Notes: generated by a model from the letters alone, not told the origin. 64,000 nt of DNA from Candidatus Staskawiczbacteria bacterium RIFOXYB1_FULL_38_37 (GCA_001822075.1 MHPK01000002.1:75872-139871), one strand, 5' to 3'; positions 10,035-18,482 are shown, counted from the first letter of the stretch. A program made the numbers and translations.

Positions 10035-10068
10035 AAAAAAACAACCCCGCCTAGGCGGGGTTGTTTTT
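10035..10068. terminator. bidirectional terminator between convergent genes
   Basis: A-run, CAACCCCGC / GCGGGGTTG stem, T-run. Confidence 0.85.
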
Positions 10069-10080
10069 AAGACTCAGTAA

Positions 10081-10257
10081 TTATCTGCTGAATCTTGGAG
10101 GCCTTTTCTTCTGCCAGCATTCGCGGCAGTAAATTGGCCTGTCAGGAGCTGGTTCAAAAGGAAGCTCTGAAATTTCTACTCCGCATTCGGAGCATTTCCA
10201 GTTTCCTTTGATCATCTCTCTTGGAGCAAAGCCCCTGTTTTGATTTCTGTCAAACAT
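10081..10257 (-). CDS. small CxxC-x17-CxxC zinc-ribbon protein (58 aa; below the ORF-track cutoff)
   Basis: Hand translation: MFDRNQNRGFAPREMIKGNWKCSECGVEISELPFEPAPDRPIYCRECWQKKRPPRFSR; two CxxC pairs, basic tail. Confidence 0.7.
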   Translation of the reverse strand: MFDRNQNRGFAPREMIKGNWKCSECGVEISELPFEPAPDRPIYCRECWQKKRPPRFSR

Positions 10258-10430
10258 TTTTTTTAAACTATTTACTAAATAAAGCGACCTTTCTAATAGT
10301 CGCCCTACTTATTTAATTAAGATACCTCGACTTATTAGTTAATTCTATTATACTCCTTATTTAAGCTATGTCAAGGTTGATAGGCACAGCGCTTATGGTA
10401 TGCTAAATTAATTAATAAATAAAAAATAAT

Positions 10431-11264
10431 ATGAATAAAAATATTTTAATTTCTATAGTAATAATACTTGCCGCAATAATTGTTATTTTAGGCGCTGTTT
10501 TATTATGGCCAGTTGAACTCAATCGTTCGCAGCTACAGCAAAGCTCTGATGTTAAAGTTTTTTCTTTAACTGCCGGGGAAAAAATTTCAAATCCATTTAT
10601 AGCAGAGGGGGAAGCCAAAGGAACATGGTTTTTTGAAGCAAGTTTTCCTATTAAAATTACAGACGAACAGGGAAATGTTTTAGGCGCATCTTTTGTTCAG
10701 GCTCAGTCAGATTGGATGACAGAGAATTTTGTTCCCTTTAGGGGAGAAATATCCTTTGTATCGCCAATTGCCCAAAAAGGATATTTAGTTTTGTCAAAAG
10801 ATAATCCGTCGGGATTGCCTGAAAATGACAAGGAAATTAAAATACCCGTAGAAATTCCAAAGACCGCAGAAACAATGAAAATAAAAGTTTATTTTAATAA
10901 CAATAAAATGGATCCGGAATTTTCATGCAATAAAGTTTTTCCAGTTGAAAGAGAAATACTAAAAACAGAGTCAACTGGTTCTGCTGCCTTGGCAGAGCTT
11001 TTCAAAGGGCCTACGGAGGACGAAAAAAATCAAGGGTTTTTTACCAGCATAAACGACGGAGTGCTGCTTCAAAGCTTAATGATTGGAATGGAAAGCGGCA
11101 CGGCATGGGCTGATTTTAATGAGCAATTAGAATATCAGGTTGGAGGTTCTTGCAGGGTGTCAGCTATAAGGGCGCAGATAGAGCAGACATTAAAACAGTT
11201 TTCAACAATAAAAAATGTTGTTATTTCAATAGACGGCAGAACAGAAGACATATTGCAGCCATAA
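10431..11264 (+). CDS. membrane-anchored protein with Ig-like (Gmad2-type) and GerMN-like domains
   Basis: N-terminal TM helix; ISNPFIAEGEAKGTWFFEASFPIKITDEQGN; C-terminal GSAALAELFKGPT..EDILQP pattern. Confidence 0.55.
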   Translation: MNKNILISIVIILAAIIVILGAVLLWPVELNRSQLQQSSDVKVFSLTAGEKISNPFIAEGEAKGTWFFEASFPIKITDEQGNVLGASFVQAQSDWMTENFVPFRGEISFVSPIAQKGYLVLSKDNPSGLPENDKEIKIPVEIPKTAETMKIKVYFNNNKMDPEFSCNKVFPVEREILKTESTGSAALAELFKGPTEDEKNQGFFTSINDGVLLQSLMIGMESGTAWADFNEQLEYQVGGSCRVSAIRAQIEQTLKQFSTIKNVVISIDGRTEDILQP

Positions 11265-11275
11265 CAATAAATATA

Positions 11276-12424
11276 ATGGATTTTAAGATATTAAAAAAGT
11301 CAAAATTGAGCCGCGCGAGATTGGGTTTTTTGGAAACAAGCCACGGAGTTGTTGAAACTCCGTGTTTGGTTCCTGTGGCAACGCAGGCTGTTGTAAAAAC
11401 TTTAGATTCAGAGGAGGCCCATGAAACAAAGTCGCAGATTTTAATTGCCAATACATTTCATTTGCATTTAAAGCCTGGCGAAAAAATTGTTGAAAAAGCC
11501 GGAGGGCTACATAAGTTTATGAACTGGAGAAAACCATTAATGACAGACTCTGGCGGATATCAAGTTTTTTCTTTAGGTTTTGGCAGAGATTATGAAGTGG
11601 GGAAAGTTTTAAAATTTTTCCCGGGAAAGAAGGGCGAAGCAATTAAAGAAGGCCAGCAGCCACAGCATATTAAAATAGGGCTTGATGGCGTAATATTTCG
11701 TTCTCCAATAAATGGAGACGAATTATTTTTGGGGCCTAAAGAATCAATTAAAATACAAGAAAAGCTGGGAGCTGATATTATTTTTGCTTTTGACGAATGC
11801 ACAGCCCCATTAGCTGATTTAAAATATGTTAAGAAATCTTTGGAAAGAACTCATAACTGGGCAAAAATTTGTTTAAAGGCGCGTTCAAAACGGACCAAGC
11901 AGGCTATGTTTGGCATTGTTCAGGGCTCAAGATTTAAAGCTTTAAGAGAAGAAAGCTCAAAATTTATTGATTCTTTAGGGTTTGAGGGTTATGGCATAGG
12001 CGGGGATTTAGGAACTAATAAACAAACAACAAAAAAAATTTTAGACTGGACAATGCCTAACTTAAATGAAAAAAAACCAAGGCATCTTTTGGGCATCGGG
12101 TATTTAGAAGACATGGAAATGATAATAAAATCAGGAGTTGATTTGTTTGACTGCACGGTTCCCACGCATTATGCGAGAAGAGGAATTGCTTTTACCAGCC
12201 AAGGAAAGTTAGATTTAAAAGATAAAAAGTTTTTTAAAAAAAATGAGGCATTAGATAAGGGGTGCGTTTGTAAAATTTGTTTAAATTATAAAAAAGATTA
12301 TATATCTCACCTGTTAAGGGCAGGGGAGATAACGGCATTAAAGCTTATTACATTTCATAACCTTTGGTATTTTAATACTTTCGTTGAAGAGTTGAGAACG
12401 AAAATTAAAAATGGTAAAATGTAA
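11276..12424 (+). CDS. tgt: queuine/guanine tRNA-ribosyltransferase
   Basis: TPCLVPVAT, MTDSGGYQVFSL, FAFDECT, zinc site CVCKIC..H; start trimmed from 11150. Confidence 0.9.
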   Translation: MDFKILKKSKLSRARLGFLETSHGVVETPCLVPVATQAVVKTLDSEEAHETKSQILIANTFHLHLKPGEKIVEKAGGLHKFMNWRKPLMTDSGGYQVFSLGFGRDYEVGKVLKFFPGKKGEAIKEGQQPQHIKIGLDGVIFRSPINGDELFLGPKESIKIQEKLGADIIFAFDECTAPLADLKYVKKSLERTHNWAKICLKARSKRTKQAMFGIVQGSRFKALREESSKFIDSLGFEGYGIGGDLGTNKQTTKKILDWTMPNLNEKKPRHLLGIGYLEDMEMIIKSGVDLFDCTVPTHYARRGIAFTSQGKLDLKDKKFFKKNEALDKGCVCKICLNYKKDYISHLLRAGEITALKLITFHNLWYFNTFVEELRTKIKNGKM

Positions 12425-12428
12425 ATAT

Positions 12429-12692
12429 ATGGGAGCAATAACAAGCAAAATAAAAGAGGAACAAGAGAGAATCAGGAAAGAGGCGATAGAAAAAACAATA
12501 GGCTATATTTTGGCCGCCTTTGGCTTGGTGGCAGGCCTTGCCTGGAACGAGGCGATAAAAGGCTTAATAGATACATTTTTTCCTTTAGATAAAAACGGGC
12601 TTGTTATAAAATTTGTTTATGCTATTTTAGTAACGGTTATCGTTGTTATTGCAACGATTATTTTTGTCAGAAAAGAAAATAAAGAGGTATAA
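12429..12692 (+). CDS. small membrane protein
   Basis: Two hydrophobic helices; ATG 12429 just after the tgt stop. Confidence 0.45.
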   Translation: MGAITSKIKEEQERIRKEAIEKTIGYILAAFGLVAGLAWNEAIKGLIDTFFPLDKNGLVIKFVYAILVTVIVVIATIIFVRKENKEV

Positions 12693-12771
12693 AATTTTAG
12701 TGTAATATAAATTATAGCAGGGAGCCCGATGCTCTGCTGTTTTTGTTTTAAGTTATCCACAGGGTGAAGGG

Positions 12772-12800
12772 TTGACGCGGATTCTTATTAGTAATACTAT
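12772..12800 (+). promoter_or_regulatory. sigma70-like promoter of Fur-like gene 1
   Basis: TTGACG - 17 nt - TACTAT; followed by ATTAGGAATAATTATTA, containing the palindrome AATAATTATT at 12810-12819. Confidence 0.5.
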
Positions 12801-12834
12801 TTAATTAGGAATAATTATTATCAATAAAATAAAC

Positions 12835-13233
12835 ATGAACGGAAAAAATATTGCAGAGGAAGAGCGCATGACATCTCAGAAAGAAATAGTTTTAGACTAT
12901 GTAAAAAATACAAAATGCCACCCTTCTGCCCAAAAAGTTTATACAGAAACAAAAAGATTGCTCCCGCGCATAAGCAAAGCCACTGTTTACAGAATTCTGA
13001 ATAATTTTAAAGATAAGGGAGAAATTCAAGAAATAGCCACAAAAAATATCACTTTTTTTGATGGGGATTTATCAAGCCACAGCCACTTTATATGTCAGGC
13101 ATGCGGAACTGTTTTTGATATTTTTGACGAATGCTCAAAATGCAATATTATAAAAAACAAAAAATTAAAGGTCGGAAAAATTAACAATTATAGAATTTAC
13201 TTTTATGGAATCTGCAAAAAGTGCAAAAAATAA
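12835..13233 (+). CDS. Fur-family transcriptional regulator (copy 1)
   Basis: Winged-helix region ISKATVYRILNNF, HSHFICQACG and CxxC pairs; alternative start at Met 12868. Confidence 0.8.
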   Translation: MNGKNIAEEERMTSQKEIVLDYVKNTKCHPSAQKVYTETKRLLPRISKATVYRILNNFKDKGEIQEIATKNITFFDGDLSSHSHFICQACGTVFDIFDECSKCNIIKNKKLKVGKINNYRIYFYGICKKCKK

Positions 13234-13516
13234 TAATTTTTGCCATGACTGCCAAAAAGAAATAGAGCTTGAGGGAGATGATATAAAAAATGGAGTTTTG
13301 CTTGTATATGACGATAACGGAGAAAAAATAAATATTTTAAAATGTAATGAGTGTTTTACTGAAAATAAGGCTTTGAATAATTTTAGAAAATGCGAGGTTT
13401 ATTCAAGGGTTGTAGGCTACATAAGGCCTGTTGAGCAGTGGCACAAAGGCAAAAAGCAGGAGTTTGGCGAAAGGCAGGAGTATATAATGCCCGAGAGCAA
13501 TTCTTTCTGCTGTTGA
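13205..13516 (+). CDS. free-standing NrdD C-terminal-like protein (Zn ribbon plus glycyl-radical-loop-like motif), copy 1
   Basis: CHDC..CNEC then CEVYSRVVGYIRPVEQWHKGKKQEFGERQEY, resembling the class III RNR C-terminus; overlaps the Fur-like gene by 29 nt. Confidence 0.55.
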   Translation: MESAKSAKNNNFCHDCQKEIELEGDDIKNGVLLVYDDNGEKINILKCNECFTENKALNNFRKCEVYSRVVGYIRPVEQWHKGKKQEFGERQEYIMPESNSFCC

Positions 13517-13526
13517 AAAGTAATAT

Positions 13527-13706
13527 ATGAAAAACATAAAAACTAGGAAAAATACAGAAAAAAAGAATATTCAGTGCGTTCTTTGCCATGCAAACTTTGA
13601 AGTATGGCTTGATAACCTAAAACCCGGTTCAGAAAGAGAAGAAAAACTGCGCGGACATCTTTTAAGTTATTGCCCGGCTTGCGCCAGAGAAGACAATCAA
13701 AATTAA
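13527..13706 (+). CDS. small zinc-ribbon protein (59 aa; below the ORF-track cutoff)
   Basis: Hand translation MKNIKTRKNTEKKNIQCVLCHANFEVWLDNLKPGSEREEKLRGHLLSYCPACAREDNQN; CxxC..CxxC. Confidence 0.4.
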   Translation: MKNIKTRKNTEKKNIQCVLCHANFEVWLDNLKPGSEREEKLRGHLLSYCPACAREDNQN

Positions 13707-13712
13707 TTTTAA

Positions 13713-13748
13713 TAATATTCTCGCATTTTTTGTAATGCGAGAATATTA
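13713..13748. promoter_or_regulatory. 15-bp perfect inverted repeat abutting the sod start codon
   Basis: TAATATTCTCGCATT-TTTTGT-AATGCGAGAATATTA ends 5 nt before ATG 13754; no T-run after it. Confidence 0.4.
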
Positions 13749-13753
13749 AATAT

Positions 13754-14353
13754 ATGGAAAAATATAAATTGCCAAACTTGCCGTATGGCTATAAAGATTT
13801 AGAGCCGTATATGTCAGAAGAAGTTTTAACTTTACACCATACGAAACACCATAAAGCATATGTTGAATCAGCCAATGCTTTATTGGATAAAATTAAGGAT
13901 GCTAGAGATAAAAATTCAGAATTGGATTTTAAGTCAGTTTTAAAATCTTTTTCTTTTAATGTAGCCGGCCACATTTTGCATGAGATATTTTGGAAAATTA
14001 TGGCCCCTGCTGAAGCTTCGGCAGGCAAGCCTAATGGCGAATTAGCAAAAATGATAGAAAAAGAATTCGGAAGTTTTGAACGGTTTAAAACAGAATTTTC
14101 AGAAACCGCAAAATCAGTTGAGGGTTCGGGCTGGGCTGTTTTAGCCCTCCACAAAGAACACGGGAATCTTAATATAATACAGATTGAAAAGCACAATGTT
14201 AACTTTTATCCGGAACAAAAAATTATTTTATGCCTGGATGTCTGGGAGCACGCATATTATTTGGATTATAAAAACGACAGAGCAAAATTTATTGAAAACT
14301 GGTGGAACATAGTTAATTGGGAAGAAGTAGAGAGCCGTTTTAAAAGTACGTAA
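13754..14353 (+). CDS. sod: Fe/Mn superoxide dismutase
   Basis: HHTKHHKAYV and DVWEHAYYLDYKNDR signatures. Confidence 0.95.
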   Translation: MEKYKLPNLPYGYKDLEPYMSEEVLTLHHTKHHKAYVESANALLDKIKDARDKNSELDFKSVLKSFSFNVAGHILHEIFWKIMAPAEASAGKPNGELAKMIEKEFGSFERFKTEFSETAKSVEGSGWAVLALHKEHGNLNIIQIEKHNVNFYPEQKIILCLDVWEHAYYLDYKNDRAKFIENWWNIVNWEEVESRFKST

Positions 14354-14372
14354 TCAACAATCATCAACTAGT

Positions 14373-14405
14373 AAACGCCCCAGACAGTGTCTGGGGCGTT
14401 TGTTT
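14373..14405 (+). terminator. rho-independent terminator
   Basis: 13-bp stem AAACGCCCCAGAC / GTCTGGGGCGTTT plus T-rich tail. Confidence 0.85.
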
Positions 14406-14457
14406 GTCTACTTTAAATTAATTTGATTTTTATGATAAAAAGTATAAGATTATTTGA

Positions 14458-14910
14458 ATGAAAGAGTTTTACGTTATATGCGATAATATAAGGAGTTTGG
14501 AGAATATCGGGTCAATTTTTAGAACTGCCGATGCTTTGGGTGTTTTAAAGATTTTTCTGTGCGGGATTTCGGGAAAGCCGCCTCATCATAAAATTTCTAA
14601 AACAGCTTTGGGAGCCGAAAAAACAATTGCTTTTGAATATTACAAACAGATAGGACGCTTGATAGACAAGCTTAAAAAAGATAAAATAAGTATAATAGCA
14701 TTAGAGCAGTCAAAAGATGCAATTTCTTGCCTGAAATTCAAGCCAAGGTTTCCTTTAGCCTTAATATTGGGAAACGAAGTAAAAGGAATTTCAAAAGCTA
14801 TATTGAAAAAGTGCGATAAGGTTATAGAACTGCCTATGGCAGGAAAAAAAGAGTCGTTAAATGTTTCAGTGGCCTTTGGGGTCGCAGGCTACCACATTAT
14901 TAATTTTTAA
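14458..14910 (+). CDS. SpoU/TrmH-family RNA 2'-O-methyltransferase
   Basis: NIGSIFRTADA, LILGNEVKGIS, ELPMAGKKESLNVSVA motifs. Confidence 0.8.
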   Translation: MKEFYVICDNIRSLENIGSIFRTADALGVLKIFLCGISGKPPHHKISKTALGAEKTIAFEYYKQIGRLIDKLKKDKISIIALEQSKDAISCLKFKPRFPLALILGNEVKGISKAILKKCDKVIELPMAGKKESLNVSVAFGVAGYHIINF

Positions 14911-14926
14911 TTTAAAGTTTAAAAAA

Positions 14927-15178
14927 ATGACAGAAAAAGATTTACAAGAAATTACGCAATTTTTACAATGGATGGAAAACCCATGGATAATATCACTGTT
15001 TATTGCTTTAACCATATGGGCTCTTGTCTGGAAGGGAATTGCTTTGTGGAAGGCCGCTGAAAATGGAAGCAAGCCGTGGTTTGTGGCGCTTTTAATTGTA
15101 AACACCCTTGGCATTTTGGAAATAATCTATATTTTTTATTTCAGCAAGAAAAAAAGTTTATTAGAAGAACGGGGTTGA
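14927..15178 (+). CDS. small two-helix membrane protein
   Basis: Start trimmed to ATG 14927; two hydrophobic helices. Confidence 0.45.
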   Translation: MTEKDLQEITQFLQWMENPWIISLFIALTIWALVWKGIALWKAAENGSKPWFVALLIVNTLGILEIIYIFYFSKKKSLLEERG

Positions 15179-15241
15179 CACGACTTTTTGATTTTGGTAA
15201 GATAAGCCCGACAAGATTAGTCGGTTTTTTAATTCTCTAAA

Positions 15242-15634
15242 ATGATAAAAATTTCTAAAAAATCACAATACGGATTAAGGGCAATGGTTTGTTTGGCAAA
15301 ACATTATAGAAAAAAAGAAGTGTGCTCGACAAAATTAATCTCTGAAATTGAAGGGATTCCTTTTGATTTTTTAGAAAAAATAATTTCGCAATTAGAAAGA
15401 GCCAAGCTGGTCAAAGGAAAAAAAGGAGTTCAGGGCGGATATATTCTTTCAATGCCCCCTAAAAAAATTAGCGTTAATGATGTGGTGTCTGTTTTGGAAG
15501 AAAACAAAAAACCGGTTAATTGCGCGCTATGCGCAAGAATTAAAAAATGTTCTGCAAAAAACGTATGGTCAAAACTCAATGATTCTTTAAACAAAACATT
15601 AAATTCAATAAAATTATCAGATTTAATAAAATGA
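15242..15634 (+). CDS. Rrf2-family transcriptional regulator (IscR-like)
   Basis: MIKISKKSQYGLRAMVCLA N-terminus; three C-terminal Cys (CALCARIKKC); precedes the Fe-S genes. Confidence 0.85.
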   Translation: MIKISKKSQYGLRAMVCLAKHYRKKEVCSTKLISEIEGIPFDFLEKIISQLERAKLVKGKKGVQGGYILSMPPKKISVNDVVSVLEENKKPVNCALCARIKKCSAKNVWSKLNDSLNKTLNSIKLSDLIK

Positions 15635-16929
15635 AAAAAATATATTTAGATTATGCGGCCACAACTCCTGTTGATAAAAGGGTTCAAAAAGCCATGATGC
15701 CCTATTTTGGCAGCCTGCCTGCCTCAAGGCAGGAAAAATTTGGCAACACAATGTCTTTGCACTCTTTTGGCCAGGAAGCAAAATTGGCTCTTGAAAACAG
15801 CAGGGCTGTTTTGGCCGATTTAATAAACGCCAAACCCAACGAAATAATTTTTACCAGCTCTGCCACAGAAAGCAACAACACGGCTTTAAAAGGAATTGCT
15901 TTTGCTTCGGCCCGCCGCAGCCCTGCCTTGCTGGCAGGCAGGCTTGGCGAAGGCGGCCATATTATAATTTCTCCCATTGAGCATCCCTGTATAATGGAGT
16001 CTTCAAAATGGTTAAAATCTAATGGGTTTGAAATAACTAAAATTCCGGTTGATAAATATGGAATGGTAAACCCGGAAGATGTCAGAAAAGCTATTACCGA
16101 CAAAACTATTTTGGTTTCTGTAATACACGCTTCAAATGAAATAGGCACGATTGAGCCTATTGAAGAAATCGGAAAAATTTGTCGAGAAGAAAAAATATAT
16201 TTTCATACTGATGCTTCGCAATCATTCGGCAAAATTCCAATTGATGTTAAAAAAATGAATATTGATTTGCTTACTGCTTCTTCCCATAAAATTTACGGTC
16301 CCAAGGGAGCAGGCCTTTTATATATAAGAGAGGGAATAAAACTTGCGCCATTATTGCACGGCGGCGGGCAGGAAAACGGATTAAGGTCGTCAACATCCAA
16401 TGTCTCCGCAATAGTCGGTTTTGCCAAAGCTGCAGAAATTTGCCAGAAGGAAATGAGGAAACCCGACAAAAGCCGAAGGCATTTTGACGGGTCCTCCACA
16501 ATTTTGCCAAAGACGAATTTGGGCGGGGAACAAAAAAGACAGGAAAAATTAAGGGATTATTTAATTAAAAATTTGTTAAAAATTAAAGGCAGTTATCTAA
16601 ACGGTCCGCCTCCAGCGAGGCAAAGCCATTCCGCGCAAAGGCTGGCAAACAATGTTAATGCAAGGTTTGATTTTATTGAAGGCGAGGCTTTAATAATACA
16701 GTTGGATATGCGAGGCATCGCTTGCTCAACTGGTTCCGCTTGCTCTTCAGCTTCACTTGAGCCAAGCCACGTTTTGTTGGCAATTGGATTGAGGCCTGAG
16801 CAAGCCCATGGGTCTTTAAGAATTTCTTTAGGCAGGCAGACAACCAAAAAAGACATTGATTATCTTTTGAAAGTTCTGCCAAAAATCATAAAACAATTAA
16901 GAGACATTTCACCATATGGCAAAAAATAA
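15631..16929 (+). CDS. cysteine desulfurase (NifS/IscS type) carrying in-frame G+C-rich insertions
   Basis: YLDYAATTP, SSHKIYGPKG (PLP-Lys), STGSACSS active-site loop; extra segments at about 15714-15733, 15908-15958, 16459-16530 and 16600-16640. Confidence 0.9.
   Translation: MKKIYLDYAATTPVDKRVQKAMMPYFGSLPASRQEKFGNTMSLHSFGQEAKLALENSRAVLADLINAKPNEIIFTSSATESNNTALKGIAFASARRSPALLAGRLGEGGHIIISPIEHPCIMESSKWLKSNGFEITKIPVDKYGMVNPEDVRKAITDKTILVSVIHASNEIGTIEPIEEIGKICREEKIYFHTDASQSFGKIPIDVKKMNIDLLTASSHKIYGPKGAGLLYIREGIKLAPLLHGGGQENGLRSSTSNVSAIVGFAKAAEICQKEMRKPDKSRRHFDGSSTILPKTNLGGEQKRQEKLRDYLIKNLLKIKGSYLNGPPPARQSHSAQRLANNVNARFDFIEGEALIIQLDMRGIACSTGSACSSASLEPSHVLLAIGLRPEQAHGSLRISLGRQTTKKDIDYLLKVLPKIIKQLRDISPYGKK
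16459..16530 (+). repeat. 72-bp G+C-rich double-hairpin element, copy A (inside the cysteine desulfurase gene)
   Basis: AAACCCGACAAAAGCCGAAGGCATTTTGACGGG... ; all 5 differences from copy B are A or T in this copy. Confidence 0.9.
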
Positions 16930-17419
16930 TAATGTTTGCGGGGGTCTGTATACGTCAAAAGTTATGGAAACTTTTAAAAACCCCCACAACTTTGGAAAAA
17001 TTAAAAATCCAGACGGCACAGGAAAAGTCGGAAATATTGTATGCGGTGACGTAATGCACCTTTATATTAAAGTAGGCCGCAACAAGAAAAATCAGGACAT
17101 TATAAAAGACGTAAGGTTTGAAACTTTTGGCTGCGTGGCAGCCATTTCAACCAGCAGCATTATTACTGATATGGCAAAAGGAAAAACAATAAACAGGGCT
17201 TTGAAAATTACAAAAGATAATGTTATTAAATCTTTAGGAGGTTTGCCTAAAATAAAATACCACTGCTCTGTTTTGGCTGTTGATGCTTTGACAGAAGCTA
17301 TTTTTGACTATTTAACAAAAAATAAAATGCCTATTTCAGAAGAGTTTAAAAAAAGACACGAAATTATTAAAAAATCAGAAGAAATAATAAATGAAAGATA
17401 CAAGAAGTGGGAAAACTAA
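16916..17419 (+). CDS. Fe-S cluster scaffold protein (IscU/NifU N-terminal type)
   Basis: GNIVCGDVM, FETFGCVAAISTSS, YHCSVLAVDAL cysteine motifs. Confidence 0.85.
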   Translation: MAKNNNVCGGLYTSKVMETFKNPHNFGKIKNPDGTGKVGNIVCGDVMHLYIKVGRNKKNQDIIKDVRFETFGCVAAISTSSIITDMAKGKTINRALKITKDNVIKSLGGLPKIKYHCSVLAVDALTEAIFDYLTKNKMPISEEFKKRHEIIKKSEEIINERYKKWEN

Positions 17420-18437
17420 AAAGGTTTTTGTGGCAATGTCGGGGGGAGTAGACAGCTCGGTTTCAGCTGCCTTGTTAAAGCAAGCTGGGTTTGATGTATC
17501 GGGGGTTTATATGCGCCAGTGGAGCCCTAAAGTTTTAGGGCAGGAATGCATTTGGCGAGGAGAGCGTCAAGATGCTATGAGAGTGGCTCAAAAGCTTGGC
17601 ATTAAATTTTTGACTTGGGATTTTTCAAAAGAATATGAAAAAGAGGTGGGTAAATATATGATTAACTCTTATAAAAATGGCGTTACCCCAAACCCCGATG
17701 TTATGTGCAACAAAATTATAAAATTCGGATTATTCTTCGACAAAGCCATAAAATCCGGAGCTGATTTTATTGCAACGGGCCACTACGCAAAAATAAAAAA
17801 TAGCAAACTTTTAGAAGCAAAAGATAAAAACAAAGACCAAACATATTTTTTATGGACTCTAAATAAAAATCAGCTTTCAAAAATTTTGTTTCCGGTGGGC
17901 GGCATCACAAAGCCAGAAGTCAGAAAATTGGCTAAAAAATTCAAACTGCACATAGCTGGAAAAAAAGACAGCCAGGGAATTTGCTTTATAGGGCCGCTTG
18001 ATATGAAAAATTTTTTGAAATCATATATCAAGCCTAAAAAAGGGCAGATATTATCTTTGAGCGGAGAACCAATCGCTGAACATGACGGAGTATATTATTA
18101 CACAATAGGCCAGAGGCATGGATTAGATATTAAAAACGGCAAAGGCCCTTATTTTGTTATAAAAAAAGATGTTAAAAAAAACATAATATATGTTGGCAAA
18201 GAAAAGGATTTGCTTTCAAAAAGGGCAGTAATAAAAAACATTCACTGGATTGAAAAGCCCAAAGGGTTTCCGGTTCAGCTTTCAGCCAAAATGCGTTATC
18301 GCGCGCCATTAGCGAAAGCAAAACTTTTTAAAAACAGAGAGTTAATTTTTCAAAAACCCCAGAGGGCTATAGCCCCTGGGCAATCGGCTGTTTTTTATAA
18401 GGCGAATAATGTGCTGGGCGGAGGAATTATAGAATAA
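17391..18437 (+). CDS. mnmA: tRNA 2-thiouridine(34) synthase
   Basis: VAMSGGVDSSV PP-loop, NPDVMCN, KDQTYFL, SQGICFIG. Confidence 0.9.
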   Translation: MKDTRSGKTKKVFVAMSGGVDSSVSAALLKQAGFDVSGVYMRQWSPKVLGQECIWRGERQDAMRVAQKLGIKFLTWDFSKEYEKEVGKYMINSYKNGVTPNPDVMCNKIIKFGLFFDKAIKSGADFIATGHYAKIKNSKLLEAKDKNKDQTYFLWTLNKNQLSKILFPVGGITKPEVRKLAKKFKLHIAGKKDSQGICFIGPLDMKNFLKSYIKPKKGQILSLSGEPIAEHDGVYYYTIGQRHGLDIKNGKGPYFVIKKDVKKNIIYVGKEKDLLSKRAVIKNIHWIEKPKGFPVQLSAKMRYRAPLAKAKLFKNRELIFQKPQRAIAPGQSAVFYKANNVLGGGIIE

Positions 18438-18452
18438 AAATTTCTTCAGCTA

Positions 18453-18480
18453 TTGACAAGGTTTTTTATTTTGCTACAAT
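18453..18480 (+). promoter_or_regulatory. sigma70-like promoter of the copper operon
   Basis: TTGACA - 16 nt - TACAAT. Confidence 0.6.
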
Positions 18481-18482
18481 AG

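Noticed and set aside
12753-12761. Perfect DnaA-box 9-mers TTATCCACA at 12753-12761 and 57346-57354 (both within TTATCCACAGG), as a possible replication origin
   Set aside because: They are single isolated boxes 44 kb apart, with no box cluster, no AT-rich unwinding element context, and no dnaA or dnaN nearby. At most they are regulatory DnaA sites or chance matches.
15209-15232. Small hairpin CCGAC-AAGATTAG-TCGG plus T-run just upstream of the Rrf2 gene, as a possible attenuator
   Set aside because: The stem is only 5 bp. It is more simply the weak terminator of the preceding small membrane protein gene, and there is not enough evidence for a regulatory role.
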